A stretch of 24,591 nucleotides of DNA from Verrucomicrobiota bacterium (GTDB taxonomy: Bacteria > Verrucomicrobiota > Verrucomicrobiia > Chthoniobacterales > UBA6821): NCBI GenBank assembly GCA_008932965.1, contig WBXG01000025.1:1-24591 (forward strand), given 5' to 3'. This document shows positions 8,507-16,880 of the stretch, piece by piece (position 1 is the first letter of the stretch; the number at the start of each line of letters is the position of its first letter). The notes beneath the pieces were generated by a model, which was given only the letters and a program-made list of their open reading frames with translations, searched no databases and was not told the DNA's origin. The position numbers were made by a program, and so were the translations under genes.

Positions 8507-8695
8507 TTACTTCTTTTTTTTAGCAACAACTTTCTTTTTAACGGGAGCTTTTGCTTTTGCAGGAGCTTTCGCTTTTGCTTTTACGGGAGCTTTTGCTTTG
8601 GCGGGAGCTTTCGCTTTGGCGGGAGCTTTCGCTTTGGCGGGAGCTTTCGCTTTGGCTTTAACTTTTGCTTTGACTACTGTTTTTTTAATTGGCAT
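8507..8695 (-). CDS. Lys/Ala-rich histone H1-like (Hc-tail-like) basic DNA-binding protein.
   Basis: MPIKKTVVKAKVKAKAKAPAKAKAPAKAKAP...KKKVVAKKKK. The ATG at 8695 is preceded by AAAGGGG with 8-nt spacing (Shine-Dalgarno-like), so I prefer it to the GTG at 8704 used in the ORF track. A canonical terminator follows the stop. Confidence 0.65.
   Translation of the reverse strand: MPIKKTVVKAKVKAKAKAPAKAKAPAKAKAPAKAKAPVKAKAKAPAKAKAPVKKKVVAKKKK
8583..8654. repeat. 18-bp tandem repeat with three perfect copies of gcgggagctttcgctttg plus one copy with two mismatches. It is in frame and encodes KAKAPA units.
   Basis: Read directly: 8601-8618, 8619-8636 and 8637-8654 are identical. 8583-8600 differs at two positions. 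Confidence 0.9.
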
Positions 8696-8847
8696 AGAAT
8701 TCACCCCTTTCGTTTCGCAGGTGCGAGATGGTGAGAAGCATAAGAATAAAATCTTGTGAAATGTGCAAGCCCCTTGTCACATTGATGTGCATTTTTTTCT
8801 AGTGCTCCTTGGAAAAATCTACGAAGTGAATTCAGGTAAATTAAAAA

Positions 8848-9441
8848 TTACTTTTTTTCCAAAAGTATTTTTTCTACATGGTCAACTATAATGCTTGATT
8901 CTATCAGCCTTCCAGGGCCTTCGTATCCACAAGCTAACATTCCCCAACCTGGTCCAATAAAAACCGCGCCACGTGCACGTAGTCTTTCTACGTTGTCGCG
9001 TGTTGCAGCATGTTCCCACATTTTTACGTTCATTGCTGGTGCAATGAGTAGCGGAGCATGTGTTGCTAAGGCAACAGCACAGAGCGGATCATCAGAAAAA
9101 CCATAGGCAAGACGTGCAAGTGTACTTGCTGTTGCAGGAGCGATGAGAAGTATATCAGCTCTATCAGCAAGTGCGATGTGACCGCAGGGAGATCCCGGCT
9201 CTTCTTCTAAAAAATTTTCTAATACGGGATTACAGGAGAGTGTTTGTAATGTTAGTGGAGTGATAAAGTTTTTAGCATCTGCTGACATAATCACAAAGAC
9301 GTTATAGTTTCTCTGGCGTAATTGACTGACTAACTCTGCAGCCTTGTAAGCAGCAATAGAACCAGTGACTCCTACGACAATGGTTTTTTTATCTTTGCTC
9401 GAAAATAGATCTCTTTTTTTATTGTCACTGTTTTGGTTCAT
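8848..9441 (-). CDS. coaC: Phosphopantothenoylcysteine decarboxylase flavoprotein (stand-alone CoaC domain with no fused CoaB).
   Basis: 197 aa. Motifs: IVVGVTGSIAAYKAAELVSQL (FMN-binding) and PAMNVKMWEH. The length covers only the N-terminal half of a bifunctional CoaBC. Confidence 0.85.
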   Translation of the reverse strand: MNQNSDNKKRDLFSSKDKKTIVVGVTGSIAAYKAAELVSQLRQRNYNVFVIMSADAKNFITPLTLQTLSCNPVLENFLEEEPGSPCGHIALADRADILLIAPATASTLARLAYGFSDDPLCAVALATHAPLLIAPAMNVKMWEHAATRDNVERLRARGAVFIGPGWGMLACGYEGPGRLIESSIIVDHVEKILLEKK

Positions 9442-9497
9442 CAGAAAAAAATTTGTATCGGCTTGTGTAGCAACTCTACCCTATTTAGAATTTTTTT

Positions 9498-10163
9498 TTA
9501 ATTCCCTTCTCCTTGTGAAGTGGAAACTTTAGGAACGATAGAAAATCTTCGACTCTGATAGCGCTCTGCACGCATTACTGCCCTAAATTTTTCGATATTT
9601 TCTTCCATCGATCCGCTAATAATCGTGTAGCGATAATCTCTCCAACACTCCATTTCCCGAGCTGCATTGGCAAGACGTAGTTCTACTTCCTGCGCACTCT
9701 CAGTTCCACGCCGCTCCAGACGTCGTCGTAATTCTTCTAAATCAGGAGGCATAATAAAAACATCAGCGAGTGCATGTTGAATGATAGGATCTTGATTAGC
9801 CCGAATCGTAGCAGCCCCATGCGTATCAATATCAATAAGGACATCAATACCACGCTGCAATTGATCGATCACAGGTTTCTTTAAGGTTCCATAATAGTGG
9901 TCGTGCACTTGTGCGTATTCTAGAAAATCATCCTCAGCGATTTTTTTTTCAAAGGCTTCTTGGGTGAGAAAATAATAATCTTCACCTTCATCTTCTCCAG
10001 GTCTTGGTAATCGAGTGGTGCATGAAACCGAATAAACAAAATCAGGTTTTTGACGTAGTGCTGTACAGAGGGTTGTTTTTCCGGCTCCCGAAGGAGCTGA
10101 AATAACAAAGAGAATTCCAGTACGTTGAAAATGAACTCTCGAGTTAGAATGAATATCTTCCAT
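9498..10163 (-). CDS. gmk: Guanylate kinase.
   Basis: 221 aa. P-loop SAPSGAGKTT and SCTTRLPRPGEDEGEDYYF. Confidence 0.9.
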   Translation of the reverse strand: MEDIHSNSRVHFQRTGILFVISAPSGAGKTTLCTALRQKPDFVYSVSCTTRLPRPGEDEGEDYYFLTQEAFEKKIAEDDFLEYAQVHDHYYGTLKKPVIDQLQRGIDVLIDIDTHGAATIRANQDPIIQHALADVFIMPPDLEELRRRLERRGTESAQEVELRLANAAREMECWRDYRYTIISGSMEENIEKFRAVMRAERYQSRRFSIVPKVSTSQGEGN

Positions 10164-10170
10164 AGAGCGG

Positions 10171-11052
10171 CTACTCCAGATTGGCTAATTGTTCGCGGAT
10201 TTTATCAATTTCTGATTTGGATTGAACAACCCATCGTGAAATTTCAGCATCATTAGCTTTATTTGCTAGCGTGTTAAATTCACGAAACATTTCTTGTGCA
10301 AGGTAGTCTAGAGTCCGTGCCTCACCTCTTTTTGTAAGTAATTCGCGACACTGAACAAGATGGCTTTGCAGTCGTATTACTTCCTCATTGATATCACTTC
10401 GTTCTGAAAAAAAAATGAGCTCTCGTAGGAGTGAGGGATCATCTGGAGAGATCGGCACGCTAAGTTCAGCCAATCGAGCTAGGAGTTGATTCCGACGATT
10501 TACAAAAAGCGTTGGCACACGTGTTTGAATTTTTTTAGTAATCTTACTTAAGAGAAGAATATGTTTTTCCAAATCTGCTACTAAATTTTTTCCCTCCCTA
10601 GCTCTTATTAATTGGTGAGACTCGAGTGCCTTCTTAAGGGCCTTTTGAATAGGTTTCCAAGCCGCTTCCAAATCAATTTCTTCAAGAGCTTCATTACGCA
10701 GCACACCAGGAACCAGAAGAAGTGTTTCAAGCGTGATGGGAGCTGAAATGTGGAGCGACTTTTGAAGGTGCTCCAATTCTTTGAGCGCCTTCTTGACCAC
10801 TGTAGGATCAAGAATGGAGCCTGTTTTCGTAGCGGAAGTGGTTTGCTCACTTGTAATGGCAACATGGATACGACCCCTGTAGATTTTTTTTTGGACCTCT
10901 TCTCTCACTCGAGGTTCCAGTGAGGTAAGACCACGTGGAAGCACAATAACAATTTCCAGACCTTTACGATTTACGGAGTTGCATTCTACAAGGTATCGAT
11001 ACCCCTCTGCCTCTCCTTTCCCAGAACCAAATCCGCTCATGCTTATCATCAC
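10171..11052 (-). CDS. yicC: YicC family protein (YicC N-terminal domain plus DUF1732).
   Basis: 293 aa. Starts MMISMSGFG (compare the MIRSMTAY-type starts of YicC proteins), then SVNRKGLEI. The C-terminus reads EMFREFNTLANKAND...KSEIDKIREQLANLE. It is adjacent to gmk, as in the widely conserved yicC-gmk arrangement. Confidence 0.85.
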   Translation of the reverse strand: MMISMSGFGSGKGEAEGYRYLVECNSVNRKGLEIVIVLPRGLTSLEPRVREEVQKKIYRGRIHVAITSEQTTSATKTGSILDPTVVKKALKELEHLQKSLHISAPITLETLLLVPGVLRNEALEEIDLEAAWKPIQKALKKALESHQLIRAREGKNLVADLEKHILLLSKITKKIQTRVPTLFVNRRNQLLARLAELSVPISPDDPSLLRELIFFSERSDINEEVIRLQSHLVQCRELLTKRGEARTLDYLAQEMFREFNTLANKANDAEISRWVVQSKSEIDKIREQLANLE

Positions 11053-11111
11053 GAAATGCTATCTTGAATTGGTAATTTTGCAAGCAGAGGTAGACCAGGC
11101 TACGTCTGAAT

Positions 11112-14100
11112 TCATTTCAGTTCTGCATGATAAAAAATACCCAATCCTTCAAATCCAAGATTATCCCTTTGCTCCGTAGTGTTGATCGGAGATAAGGGTG
11201 GTTGAGCAATGGTGGTTGATTCCTCAATCTCCTGCTGACGAATCCAGAAAGGAAGTTGTGCCATCCATCCCGCAGATGATTTTTTCGAGGAGAAGCATCT
11301 TGTTGGTTGACCTAATAAAAGCGCTGCTGTTTCTTCTGAAAGGAAAGGTACGCTTTCCAATGAGAGAGCAGGCTCTTCTAACCTTTCATCCAGATGAGTG
11401 ATGATCTTGTAACGACCCACTTTTATCTTTGCACTAAGTTGAAGAAGAGGTCTCCATGGTAGATGTGATGAGAAATGGATTCCTCCTTCTAAAAAATGCA
11501 GAGGGCCTTGAGGTGATTGTATTGAAAGTTGAGAAAGCTCCAGCGCTCCCTCGGGATAGGGCGATCCAAGAGGTCCGCAAACATGAAGGTTGATTTTCTT
11601 GAAACATGAATCCGTGAAGGAGTTTCTTCTATCGGAGGATGAAGTAGGATGTGTTGAATTCTTGGTATCACACTCAAGAGTGACATCACTTTTCCAGGAG
11701 GATACGTTGGGTAGAGGCGGGGATGGAGATTTCAGAAGGATTCCAGGAGGAAGAAGAAAAGGGGTCATGGTGAGCTGAGGCTTCCAATCAAGTTCTGTAA
11801 TCGTGATATTACCATGGAGTTTACCTCCTTGCTGATCTCCTTGCAGAAGAAGTGCAGCTCTTCCTTTAATGATTGCATTCTCTTTTTGAAACAGCAGAAG
11901 TTCATGACCGTTGAAGTGATATTCATGATGCATTTCCCCAATATTCCCTTTACTCGATCCAGTGATTTCAAGTTTTCCTTTTCCAAGAAAAGCCGACCCG
12001 CTTTCAAGGGTTATTTTTCCTTTGCTTAATGAAAGGGAAGCCTTGAGTCCTTGCAATGGGGCAAGGATCGATCCGAGTCGACACTCCTCAGCTTTCAAGC
12101 TCAGGTGCCCAGTAAGCTCCGGATCAGTAAGGGTTCCCTGAAGTCCGAGCTCACCACAAACAGTAGCATGTTGAACATCGATTTCCTGAGGAAGGAACCG
12201 CTGAGTAAAAAAATCGAGGGGAGACTCTGGCAGCATGATGCTCAGGTGAAGAGGCCCATTTAGGGGTGATAATGAGACAAAATCTTTTTCTTTTAATAAT
12301 GTTTCCTCCTCACGAGGCATGAATCCTATGGGAAGGGTTCCATGCAATTGAGCCATATACCCATTTTTATCACCCAAGGAGGTATCCAGACACCCCTCTC
12401 CCTTTTTGGAGGAAAGCTCCAGGTGAAAGGGAGTGTTACTCTTAGCATCAAGCCTCCTCCCGCTTAGAGAGATCTTTGCAGAAGGCTCTTCCCAACGTCC
12501 TGAAGATTGAATGCTTCCATCGATGAGCATGTTTTGAACCGGTAGGCCTGTTACTACGGAAACGACATCCGATGAAAAATGATGTAGTGCAAGATTTACC
12601 TCCATTGATTGATTCCACTCCAAAAGTGACCCAAAGGGATGGCCGCCAAGAAGGCGTATTCCATCAATGGGAAGCGTGATTGATCCTGAAAGGGTACTTT
12701 CTCCATTCTCTTGAAACACCAACTTAGGGAGGGTGATGAAAAGTGGAGTGAGGGTGAGTGAAGTGGAGAAAGAACTTTTTCCTGAATGGATCTTAAAAAT
12801 AGGGCAAGTCACGAATTCAGGTTTGTAGGAGCCAGTGGTATGAAATTCAAAAGGTTGATTTTTGAGCTTTGCTTCCTGAAGCTTCATTTCAAAGGACCCT
12901 TCATGCCTCTGAGCTGTTCCATTCGCCTTCCAATGGGCTTGAAACAACCCACCCTGAATATTTTTAAGAATAGGGAGCTGATGATATAAGCCTGTTTGAA
13001 TAGATTGAAGGCTTTTAGGCTCTTCCTCGCTCTGTTGAATTGAGGGTGCACCACGTGCAGTCGTTGAGTCATAATTGAGAGGTATACTATTTTTAGAAGT
13101 ATCTGCAGAAACGTTTTTGTTTGCTCCAACATTACAGAGACGTGTTGATGTCGTTGCACCATCAACCCATTTTTCGAGAGGTTTCCACTTTTCAAAAAAA
13201 CTGCGGCACTTGATTGTCCCTTCCGCCTCGTAGTAATGAGGCCAACTATTAGCCATGGATCCTGAAAGTTGGAGATGGCTGCTTCCATTCCATAGATCAA
13301 GATGAGAAAGGAGTGTCCTCTCTCCATGAAATAATAAAGTTGATTCAACAAAATCGATAGGAAGTCCATAAAGCGACATTTCTGTTCCCTGTAAATGAAG
13401 ATATCCTTCGGCACGATTCGCCCCACCAATGATGTCCCCGTCGATAAAAAGCTTACCGTTGATATTATTACATGGTCTCCCTAGCAGATCGATGAGCTGC
13501 GCGGCATCTGTAATTGTTGCTTTGAGTTTACAATGAAAGGGAGCTTCTCCTAATTTTAGCCAATCTTCAGGGAGTGACATTTCACCGACTGCATTCACTC
13601 GATTATCCTGTTGCTTGAGTTGCAACTCAGTAATGGAAATTTTTCGACCGATATAATTGGAAGCAACGGAGAGTGAGGCCCATTCTTTTTTCTTAAAACG
13701 AAAATGATCAACATGCATTCTTAGAGAGGCTTCTGAATCGATAGGATGCATCGGTGATCCACGAAAAATAAGGCGTCCCTCCCTAAGAGTACCTGAGATT
13801 TTTTTTTGTAATCCTAGAAACTTAGAGAGCCTTTCAATGGATAATTGTTCTCCAAAGAGAGCTCCTTCAAGAATCGGATTAGGACCATTTTGTCTAAGAC
13901 AACCATCTGCACGCAGCAATCCATTAGAAATCGTTGCAATCAATCCTATATCCAGTCGATCTGGATGAACCGTTAACTTCAAGTGATGAAGATCAATATC
14001 ATCGGCAAGCAAAAGGTTCTTAATGGTGATTGTTTTTCCATCCCACAAGGAATCACAATTTCCTTTCGATAGATGGCATTGCACAGCACCCGCTTCCAAT

Positions 14101-14714
14101 AATAATGATTCATAGGAAATGGTGCCGGGTATTTTTTTAGGAAGGAAACAAAAGAAATGTTCGATGTTATAACGTTCCTCCTCCGTGATGCAGAGCAGAG
14201 ATATATCCTGCAAAACGATGGACTCAGGAAGCTTCATCATTTTTTCTTGAAACAGCTTCTGTAAATGCTCCGTTTGTAACTCTAGGAAAGAAGGCTTTCT
14301 AAGGGAGGATGTATGTCGAAGATCGATGAGTCCTTTTCCCTTATCTGCTTCCACTTTTTGAATCAACTGATGATCTCCAAAAATAATTCTCCCTAGTGAC
14401 GTCATCTCAATGGAGACGGCTTGAAACTCTAGGTGACTCTGGTGTGGTGCCGCTCCTGAAGTAAGGACCACATTTTTCAACCGTAGTGGTTCTTTCAATG
14501 TTACTGGTAAGGTTTCAGCTTGAATAGTAACGCCGGTGAAGGGCTCTGATAATCTCAATAAAGCAGATATCGATTCCTTGAGTAAAAAAGAATATAAGAA
14601 GCCAAATGAAAGAAGTATCAAAAAAGCGATAAGGGCACTCCATGCGGGCACGGTCCTCGAGCGACCGGGAGGATGTAAGGGGGGGAGTAAATCAACAGAG
14701 GGATCCATCGGCAT
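11112..14714 (-). CDS. TamB/AsmA-like giant envelope protein (N-terminal membrane anchor plus a long beta-rich body).
   Basis: 1200-aa uninterrupted ORF. Single N-terminal TM segment AWSALIAFLILLSFGFLYSFLL. Repetitive beta-strand-like G/L/S-rich segments run throughout. Size and architecture fit translocation-and-assembly-module TamB (DUF490) or AsmA-like proteins. The family call comes from architecture, not from a strict motif. Confidence 0.6.
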   Translation of the reverse strand: MPMDPSVDLLPPLHPPGRSRTVPAWSALIAFLILLSFGFLYSFLLKESISALLRLSEPFTGVTIQAETLPVTLKEPLRLKNVVLTSGAAPHQSHLEFQAVSIEMTSLGRIIFGDHQLIQKVEADKGKGLIDLRHTSSLRKPSFLELQTEHLQKLFQEKMMKLPESIVLQDISLLCITEEERYNIEHFFCFLPKKIPGTISYESLLLEAGAVQCHLSKGNCDSLWDGKTITIKNLLLADDIDLHHLKLTVHPDRLDIGLIATISNGLLRADGCLRQNGPNPILEGALFGEQLSIERLSKFLGLQKKISGTLREGRLIFRGSPMHPIDSEASLRMHVDHFRFKKKEWASLSVASNYIGRKISITELQLKQQDNRVNAVGEMSLPEDWLKLGEAPFHCKLKATITDAAQLIDLLGRPCNNINGKLFIDGDIIGGANRAEGYLHLQGTEMSLYGLPIDFVESTLLFHGERTLLSHLDLWNGSSHLQLSGSMANSWPHYYEAEGTIKCRSFFEKWKPLEKWVDGATTSTRLCNVGANKNVSADTSKNSIPLNYDSTTARGAPSIQQSEEEPKSLQSIQTGLYHQLPILKNIQGGLFQAHWKANGTAQRHEGSFEMKLQEAKLKNQPFEFHTTGSYKPEFVTCPIFKIHSGKSSFSTSLTLTPLFITLPKLVFQENGESTLSGSITLPIDGIRLLGGHPFGSLLEWNQSMEVNLALHHFSSDVVSVVTGLPVQNMLIDGSIQSSGRWEEPSAKISLSGRRLDAKSNTPFHLELSSKKGEGCLDTSLGDKNGYMAQLHGTLPIGFMPREEETLLKEKDFVSLSPLNGPLHLSIMLPESPLDFFTQRFLPQEIDVQHATVCGELGLQGTLTDPELTGHLSLKAEECRLGSILAPLQGLKASLSLSKGKITLESGSAFLGKGKLEITGSSKGNIGEMHHEYHFNGHELLLFQKENAIIKGRAALLLQGDQQGGKLHGNITITELDWKPQLTMTPFLLPPGILLKSPSPPLPNVSSWKSDVTLECDTKNSTHPTSSSDRRNSFTDSCFKKINLHVCGPLGSPYPEGALELSQLSIQSPQGPLHFLEGGIHFSSHLPWRPLLQLSAKIKVGRYKIITHLDERLEEPALSLESVPFLSEETAALLLGQPTRCFSSKKSSAGWMAQLPFWIRQQEIEESTTIAQPPLSPINTTEQRDNLGFEGLGIFYHAELK

Positions 14715-14738
14715 GAAATGTTAAGAGTAAATCAAGTT

Positions 14739-14987
14739 AACCCGGATGTTTCATACTGATCGTGACGAGGAGGCCGCAAAGGCTGATGGGGAACCACCGG
14801 CGGCAGGGAGACTGCCTTTAGGCATCCCTGAAAAGGCGAGACGAGCGGGAGCGAGCGAGTCAACGCAGACACGTATTGTGACGACATAGGCGCGTGTATA
14901 CACTCCCCTAGGAAGACGTCGAACTTGGGCGCAGTATCCATCTGACTTCCCGGCTTCCGTAGGTGGTTGGGATGAAATATCCGGGTT
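14739..14987. repeat. Full-length (249-bp) copy of the dispersed palindromic repeat family. It is MITE/REP-like with a GC-rich structured core.
   Basis: The termini aacccggatgtttcat and atgaaatatccgggtt are inverted repeats (15/16). Further arm pairing includes AACCACC 14792-98 with GGTGGTT 14962-68. Internal hairpins are GGCAG-ggaga-CTGCC at 14802-16 and the palindrome gtgtatacac at 14894-903. G+C is 108/180 in 14761-14940, against 41-46% in hand-sampled coding stretches. The first 39 nt are 37/39 identical to the copy at 18491. Confidence 0.8.
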
Positions 14988-15071
14988 ATGAAATGAATGC
15001 ATTTTGAATAGCTGATTTAATGCTTGCTGATTGCTTCTGAGTCATCGATTTTGGAAGGATTCCATTTTTTT

Positions 15072-16880
15072 ATGAAAAAAAAACCCATAAACCAAGTTGA
15101 GCATCATTCCAGGAAGGAACGCCACTATCAAGGAATTGCGTCTGCTCCAGGCATTTTGGAAGGTAGGATTGTGATCTATATGGCTGTGGAGCAAAACATC
15201 CCTTTGCGTACCATCGATGGAAGAGAGATTGCCAGTGAAATGGAGCGTTTTGAAAAAGCACTCCTAGCAACACAGCAGGAGCTCCTAGAAATTAAAAAAC
15301 ATGTCTTTCCTGCTTTGAATGCTCATGAAGCAACACTTTTTGATGCTCACTTATTAGTACTTGAGGACCCTGCTTTGTTAAAAGAGGTGCTGCAATTACT
15401 TCATCGTGAACGGCTCAATGTAGAACATGTCTTTGATATTGTTATCAAACGATTTTGCGAGAGCCTTAACAAAAGAGATAGCGCCTATTTGAGGGAGCGT
15501 ATTTTGGATATCAAGGATGTCTCGCGTCGCATTCTCAATCATCTTTTGGGTAAACCCACGTTGCAACCCATCGATCAAAATGACCCTGTGATTATTGTTG
15601 CTACCACATTAACCCTTTCTGACGCTGTGATGGTCTATGGGAATCGGCAAGCCGCATTTGCCACAGAAAACGGAAGCCAAACTTCTCATACTGCTATTTT
15701 GGCACGCGCCTTTGGCATTCCTGCTGTTGTTGGATTACGACACGTTATTTCAGAATTAAAAGATGGCGAACCAGCATTGTTAGATGGGTACCATGGATTA
15801 TTGATTGTCAATCCTACTAAGGAGACCATTCGTGGTTATCAGCGCATGCAGTTAGAACAGCGTGATCTTGACAAAGATTTAGAAAAAATCAGGGACTTAC
15901 CGGCGGTCACCCAAGATGGTCAACGCATCACCCTTTCTGCTAATTTAGAGCTTCCTAGAGAACTTGAATCTATTTTTATGAGTGGAGCAGAAGGAATCGG
16001 CCTTTATCGTACCGAATTTCTTTATTTAAATCGTGCTACTCCTCCCGAGGAAGAGGAACAATATCAAGTTCTCTGTGCCATAGCACAACGCTGTTATCCC
16101 TACCACGCTATTATTAGGACTTTTGACATTGGGGCTGACAAACCAACCTATTGCTTACCTCCTATAAAAGAAGCGAATCCTTTCTTAGGATGCCGTGGTG
16201 TTCGTTTTGCCTTACAGCATAAAGAACTCTTTAAGGCTCAATTACGAGTCATTTTACGTGCTGCTACGATGGGCAATTTGCGCATGATGTACCCGATGAT
16301 TTCTGGAATTGATGAGCTTCGAGAAGCCAATGGTATTTTGGAAGAAGTCAAGAAGGAGCTACGTGATAAGAAGATTCCTTTTCAAGAGGATCTGGAGGTA
16401 GGAATGATGATAGAAGTACCTAGTGCAGCCCTCATTGCTGATCTTTTAGCCCGTGAAGTAAAATTTTTTAGTATTGGGACAAACGATCTTGTTCAGTACC
16501 TTACAAGTGTGGATCGTGGCAATGAATCTATTTCCCATCTCTACAACCCAGCACACCCTGGAGTCATTCGTATGCTAAAAATGATCGTTGATGCTGCCCA
16601 TGCAGCAGGTATTTCGGTTGGAGTCTGTGGCGAAATAGCAGGGGACCTACTTTTTACTCCTCTATTAGTGGGATTGGGAGTTGATGAATTGAGCACGAGT
16701 GCCATGTTAATTCCTAGGATTAAAAAGGCTATTCAAAGCCTGAACGTTTCTGCGTGTCAGGAGCTTGTCGCAGAACTACTCAATGGAGAGAGTGCTACTA
16801 AAAATTATGCTCGTTGTGTTGCCCTTGCTCAAAATCAATACGGAACCCTTCTCTCGATTGGAAAAGGAACTCCACACTAA
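15072..16880 (+). CDS. ptsI: Phosphoenolpyruvate-protein phosphotransferase (PTS enzyme I).
   Basis: Motifs: YQGIASAPGILEG near the N-terminus, active-site His in GSQTSHTAILARAFGIPAVVG, IGTNDLVQY and VCGEIAGD. I prefer ATG 15072 (MKKKPINQ...) to the TTG at 15024 used in the ORF track. Confidence 0.9.
   Translation: MKKKPINQVEHHSRKERHYQGIASAPGILEGRIVIYMAVEQNIPLRTIDGREIASEMERFEKALLATQQELLEIKKHVFPALNAHEATLFDAHLLVLEDPALLKEVLQLLHRERLNVEHVFDIVIKRFCESLNKRDSAYLRERILDIKDVSRRILNHLLGKPTLQPIDQNDPVIIVATTLTLSDAVMVYGNRQAAFATENGSQTSHTAILARAFGIPAVVGLRHVISELKDGEPALLDGYHGLLIVNPTKETIRGYQRMQLEQRDLDKDLEKIRDLPAVTQDGQRITLSANLELPRELESIFMSGAEGIGLYRTEFLYLNRATPPEEEEQYQVLCAIAQRCYPYHAIIRTFDIGADKPTYCLPPIKEANPFLGCRGVRFALQHKELFKAQLRVILRAATMGNLRMMYPMISGIDELREANGILEEVKKELRDKKIPFQEDLEVGMMIEVPSAALIADLLAREVKFFSIGTNDLVQYLTSVDRGNESISHLYNPAHPGVIRMLKMIVDAAHAAGISVGVCGEIAGDLLFTPLLVGLGVDELSTSAMLIPRIKKAIQSLNVSACQELVAELLNGESATKNYARCVALAQNQYGTLLSIGKGTPH

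Noticed and set aside
8504-8734. 76-aa plus-strand ORF (FCF/GGSFRF repeats).
   Set aside because: It is the antisense shadow of the KAKAP-repeat gene. The minus-strand frame has a Shine-Dalgarno-like sequence and a canonical terminator. The plus-strand frame has neither.
8740-8768. Possible sigma-70 promoter for the histone-like gene (minus strand: TTGCAC, 17 nt, TCTTAT).
   Set aside because: The -10 hexamer matches TATAAT at only 4/6 positions and there is no experimental anchor. The support is too weak to list as a feature.
11198-13429. Nested or antisense ORFs inside the TamB-like gene, including 12884..13429 (-) of 181 aa and several 60-85-aa ORFs on both strands.
   Set aside because: All are contained within the uninterrupted 1200-aa reading frame in other frames or on the other strand. 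None has a recognisable motif. They are typical shadow ORFs.
14739-14987. RNase P RNA or another universal ncRNA in the GC-rich gap. gacttcccggcttcc resembles the P4 3' strand ACAGAACCCGGCUUA.
   Set aside because: The GGAAAGUCCGG 5' P4 motif is absent. The element is too short for bacterial RNase P. I saw no tRNA-like end (tmRNA) and no SRP GGAA-tetraloop motif. The same arms recur as dispersed repeats, which argues for a repeat family rather than a single-copy universal RNA.
14732-15002. ORFs of 69 and 83 aa on the minus strand (14732..14941 and 14751..15002).
   Set aside because: They lie wholly inside the palindromic GC-rich repeat, overlap each other in different frames, and have Arg/Pro/Ser/Ala-rich non-protein-like composition. 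They are most likely artefacts of locally high GC.
15024-15071. TTG start for ptsI at 15024, as in the ORF track.
   Set aside because: The 16 extra residues (LIASESSILEGFHFF) are not part of any EI N-terminus I know. An in-frame ATG at 15072 gives a conventional distance to the GIASAPGI motif.
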